A stretch of 64,000 nucleotides of DNA. Origin: Saprolegnia diclina VS20. Taxonomy: Eukaryota. A model generated the notes under the pieces. It did not search any database. It was not told where the DNA came from and saw nothing but the letters and a program-made list of their open reading frames with translations. The DNA lies in NCBI RefSeq assembly GCF_000281045.1, contig NW_008246073.1, positions 45,184-109,183 on the forward strand, in the 5' to 3' direction. Made by a program: the position numbers and the translations under genes. Below, piece after piece: positions 62,653 through 64,000 of this stretch (position 1 is the stretch's first letter; each line of letters opens with the position of its first letter).

Positions 62653-63280
62653 GAAAAGACAAGACCTGTCGACTGCGTTCTCTTTTTTAATTTGGCAGCT
62701 GTTTTGTTTTGCGCGTGCTATTAAATAGCAGTGATAACGTAGCGCCGGCGTGAGCAATCGAATAAAATACGCGCCAAATGTGGTGATGTTGAAGTGATAA
62801 AATACATTTGTGGCAGCTTCCGATTGGCTAAAATTCGGAACCGCCAGGCCGACAATCGCCATCACGGTAGCCCGAGCGCGTTGCTTTCGCAAGCTCAAGA
62901 GACTCCTTGAAGCTTCACGCTCTTACTATGGACCTTGGAATGGCCTCTGCCTTGCAGAGAGTAAGGGAATGACGACTTCGAGCCGTCGTCTACGGTACGT
63001 AGGAGCGGTGGCGTGCGTCTGTTTTCTGGTCCGGCGACCCATACAAAACCAGAGTGGTTTCCACGGAATCCGCGTGTTTGCATCGACACGTCGGGTTGGG
63101 CGGCCACGCGTCCGGTCCTCAGTAAACGGGGTTTGTGCACTGTCTTTCGTACAAATTCGTTGAGACTTGTGGAGAATAGACAATACTGTAGTCCACGGTA
63201 GACTTGGACGCCGCAACCATGTAGGATCTCACTTGAGCGCTCGCGAATTGCTCTGTTGGGCTGCGGTGACAAGGTGTGGT

Positions 63281-63332
63281 TGGTTGAAGAGGCCCTCTTC
63301 AACCACACATAACCCTGTATTACAGGGTTATG
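63281..63332. repeat. Two adjacent perfect 12-1-12 palindromes
   Basis: TGGTTGAAGAGG-C-CCTCTTCAACCA (63281-63305) and CATAACCCTGTA-T-TACAGGGTTATG (63308-63332). Confidence 0.9.
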
Positions 63333-63570
63333 ATTATTCGATCGACGCCATCTGAGGGACACGGAGATGATTTGAGGATGAGTGCTCTACTGCACCGAGT
63401 AGATGGGATCTACGCCAAGGCAAAGCGCAAGGACGAGTAAATGAAGAGATCTCGCCAAGGTCGCCTGCCAAAGCAAAAAGATACGATTTCACCACTCAGA
63501 TACACCTCAATATTGAATTCATGCCGATATTAACTGTGACAGGATTGCATTTTCACGCTTCCTGGCCAGC

Positions 63571-64000
63571 ATGCTCAAGCAGTACGTGACCGAGGCCAAG
63601 GCCAAGCTCAAGGACGAGGCCTACGAGGGCGCGCTCGCAGCCAGCGCCAAGGCCCTCGAGCTCGATGGACTCAACTTCCAAGCGCTGCTTTGCATGGGCA
63701 AGAGCCACTTCCACCTGCACGACGTATGTACTAGGACGCTGGATCTTGTTCGTCGCCGGGTGCCCACGATTCCTGCATGTAGCCGACCAAGGCCATCGAC
63801 GCCTACAAGCGCGCAGCGGCCGTCCAAGCCGACGTGCCGTTTGCCTGGAAGGTAATACTGGGTACATCGTCCTCCTCAAGACGACTCACCTCGCACAGGG
63901 CATGCTCGAAGTCTACGAGAGCACAGCAGACCACGCCAAGATGCTCGAGCCGCTGGAGAAGCTCTCGACCATCGTTTACGCGTAGCAATGTCCCATGTCG
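63571..64000 (+). CDS. TPR protein, SKI3/TTC37-like N-terminus (runs off the window)
   Basis: AKAKLK...ALELDGLNFQALLCMGK, AIDAYKRA....DVPFAWK/GMLEVYE across short introns. Confidence 0.75.

Overview
This is eukaryotic, GC-rich, gene-dense DNA with many very short (about 40-55 nt) GT-AG introns. Gene content (IFT140, TKL receptor-like kinase, C-x4-C/HGG zinc-finger protein, F-box/LRR protein, ERG8-type phosphomevalonate kinase) suggests an oomycete, probably Saprolegniales (inference). About 23 protein genes can be supported: NSE2/MMS21, PMK, a prolyl 4-hydroxylase, PP2C, organellar EF-P, spastin, an IQ protein, an LRR protein, IFT140, an ABM-like protein, TMEM185-like, TMEM222, a FAR-17a/AIG1-like protein, L7Ae/RPP38-like, Asp/Asn beta-hydroxylase, a TKL kinase, a DUSP-like protein, a 12.5 kb adhesion-receptor-like multipass gene, DUF1295, proteasome alpha7, primase large subunit, an ER coiled-coil protein and the start of SKI3/TTC37. 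Non-coding elements include a MITE-like inverted-repeat element, a foldback repeat, three 3' fragments of one LINE family and three assembly gaps. The most notable items are (1) a prolyl hydroxylase that appears fused to a VHL-beta-like hydroxyproline-reader domain, (2) a giant FN3-CUB-EGF-beta-helix-multipass receptor, (3) a mitochondrial-type EF-P lacking the domain III GDT loop, (4) an F-box-like protein with USP48-type DUSP modules but no catalytic domain, and (5) a tandem SUMO-consensus tail on primase. All family calls are by-eye motif recognition. No searches were run, and exon boundaries are manual.
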